A DNA stretch of 64,000 bases from an uncultured Acidobacteriota bacterium (GTDB taxonomy: Bacteria; Acidobacteriota; UBA6911): contig CAWEJX010000008.1 in assembly GCA_963809485.1 (NCBI GenBank), positions 416,001 to 480,000 on the forward strand. Direction: 5' to 3'. The position numbers and the translations under genes are program-made. Each line of letters begins with the position of its first letter. Positions within the stretch are counted from its first letter, which is position 1. The notes under the pieces were generated by a model that was not told the origin of the DNA, made no database searches, and saw only the letters and a list, made by a program, of their open reading frames with translations. Below are positions 62,974-64,000 of the stretch, piece by piece.

Positions 62974-63861
62974 GTACCTAGCTCCAGCTCATCGAGTATG
63001 GCATCGTTGTTGCGCCAGTTCGGGGCTGTGCGGACCTGGAGCCCAAGATATACCTTGCAATCCAGCAATTGCTCCAGTTCCTGCCTGCGCGGCAATCCCC
63101 AGGTCGCGCAGCTGAGAGGCGCCGGCGCCCACGACGATACCCTGCTGGGATTTTTTTTCAACCAGTATGTCCGCCTCGATAACAACCAGTTTGTTTTCGT
63201 CCCTGCGGCTTTCGTCGAACTTCCTGATAAGCACTGCCGAGGTGTACGGCATCTCTTCGCGCATGCGCTCCAGAAGCTTTTCCCGTATAAATTCGGCCGC
63301 CAGAAATCTCTCACTGCGGTCGGTGATCAGCTCCGACTCGTAAAGCGGCTCTCCCTCGGGCAGGTATTCAAAAATCCGGTTGCGCAGCAACTGCAGGTTA
63401 TCACCGGTCCGGGCAGAGATGGGGATGATCTCCAGGAAATTGCACGCGTCCCCGTACCGCTGCATGATGGGAAGCAACCGTGATTTCACAATCGCATCTA
63501 TTTTGTTGAGCAACAGCAGCGCCGGCGTTCCGGCTTTCTTCACAGTCTCCAGCACAAAGCTTTCGCCGTGCCCGAATGATATCGAAGCATCCACAACCAG
63601 AAGCGCCAGGTCGACGCATCTCAGCCCGTCATACACCGTGTGCAGCATGCGCCGGTTCATCCCGTAAGCCGGCTTGTGGATTCCCGGCGTGTCCATGAAA
63701 ACTATTTGCCCGCGCTCCTCGGTCACGATCCCGAGGATCCGGTGACGGGTTGTCTGAGGCTTTTCGGAGACGATCGATATTTTCTGCCCCACGAATGCAT
63801 TCAAAAGCGTGGATTTGCCCGAATTGGGGCGCCCGATGATGACAACAGTGCCGCTTTTCAT
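62970..63861 (-). CDS. era: GTPase Era; apparent +1 frameshift near 63087
   Basis: GRPNSGKST, KPQTTR, DTPG, NKID, KH domain. The other frame restores RQELEQLLDCKVYLGLQVR..NWR. Confidence 0.92.
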
Positions 63862-63865
63862 ATCA

Positions 63866-63984
63866 AAAGGTGGAAAGTGGAAGGTGGAACGTGAAACGTG
63901 GAACGTGAGAAATGGAAAGTGGATTTACACTCTCCACTTTGCACTTTTCACTTTCCACCTTCCACATTTCACTTTCCACTTTTC
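63866..63984. repeat. Heptamer (AAAGTGG-type) inverted arrays
   Basis: aaggtgg-aaagtgg-aaggtgg-aacgtga...tccactt-tgcactt-ttcactt-tccacct. Confidence 0.85.
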
Positions 63985-64000
63985 GAGTGCACGGGCTTGT

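Overview
Bacterial chromosome segment, most likely an Acidobacteriota anaerobe, inferred from the Acidobacteria-type TonB receptor and tandem VWA proteins. Left part (1-18.3 kb): decayed accessory DNA with an SdhA/AprA-superfamily flavoprotein, a PhlG-like hydrolase and OFA transporter bracketed by 76-bp direct repeats, a TonB receptor, VWA proteins, an esterase, gene fragments and two TA modules. Centre (18371-43765): a ~25.3-kb integrative mobilisable element inserted in tRNA-Gly(CCC). It carries a tyrosine integrase, excisionase, ParA-like protein, an internally deleted MOBF relaxase and a candidate oriT. Its cargo is an MNT-HEPN TA pair plus a sulfatase/anSME/MltF/5'-nucleotidase/DUF2252/FixLJ-like cluster. 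Right part: hipBA, glgP, kdsD/kdsA, a KamA + GNAT + two Ddl-like ATP-grasp operon, a CDF transporter, priA, udg and era. Main novelty candidates: (1) a promoter and response-regulator gene start copied three times in the island, (2) the aminomutase/ATP-grasp operon, (3) modular IS200/IS605-type non-autonomous elements, (4) a relic of an earlier island at the same tRNA. Several single-base frameshifts, one of them in era, are probably sequencing or assembly errors. All calls come from reading the sequence; no searches were run.
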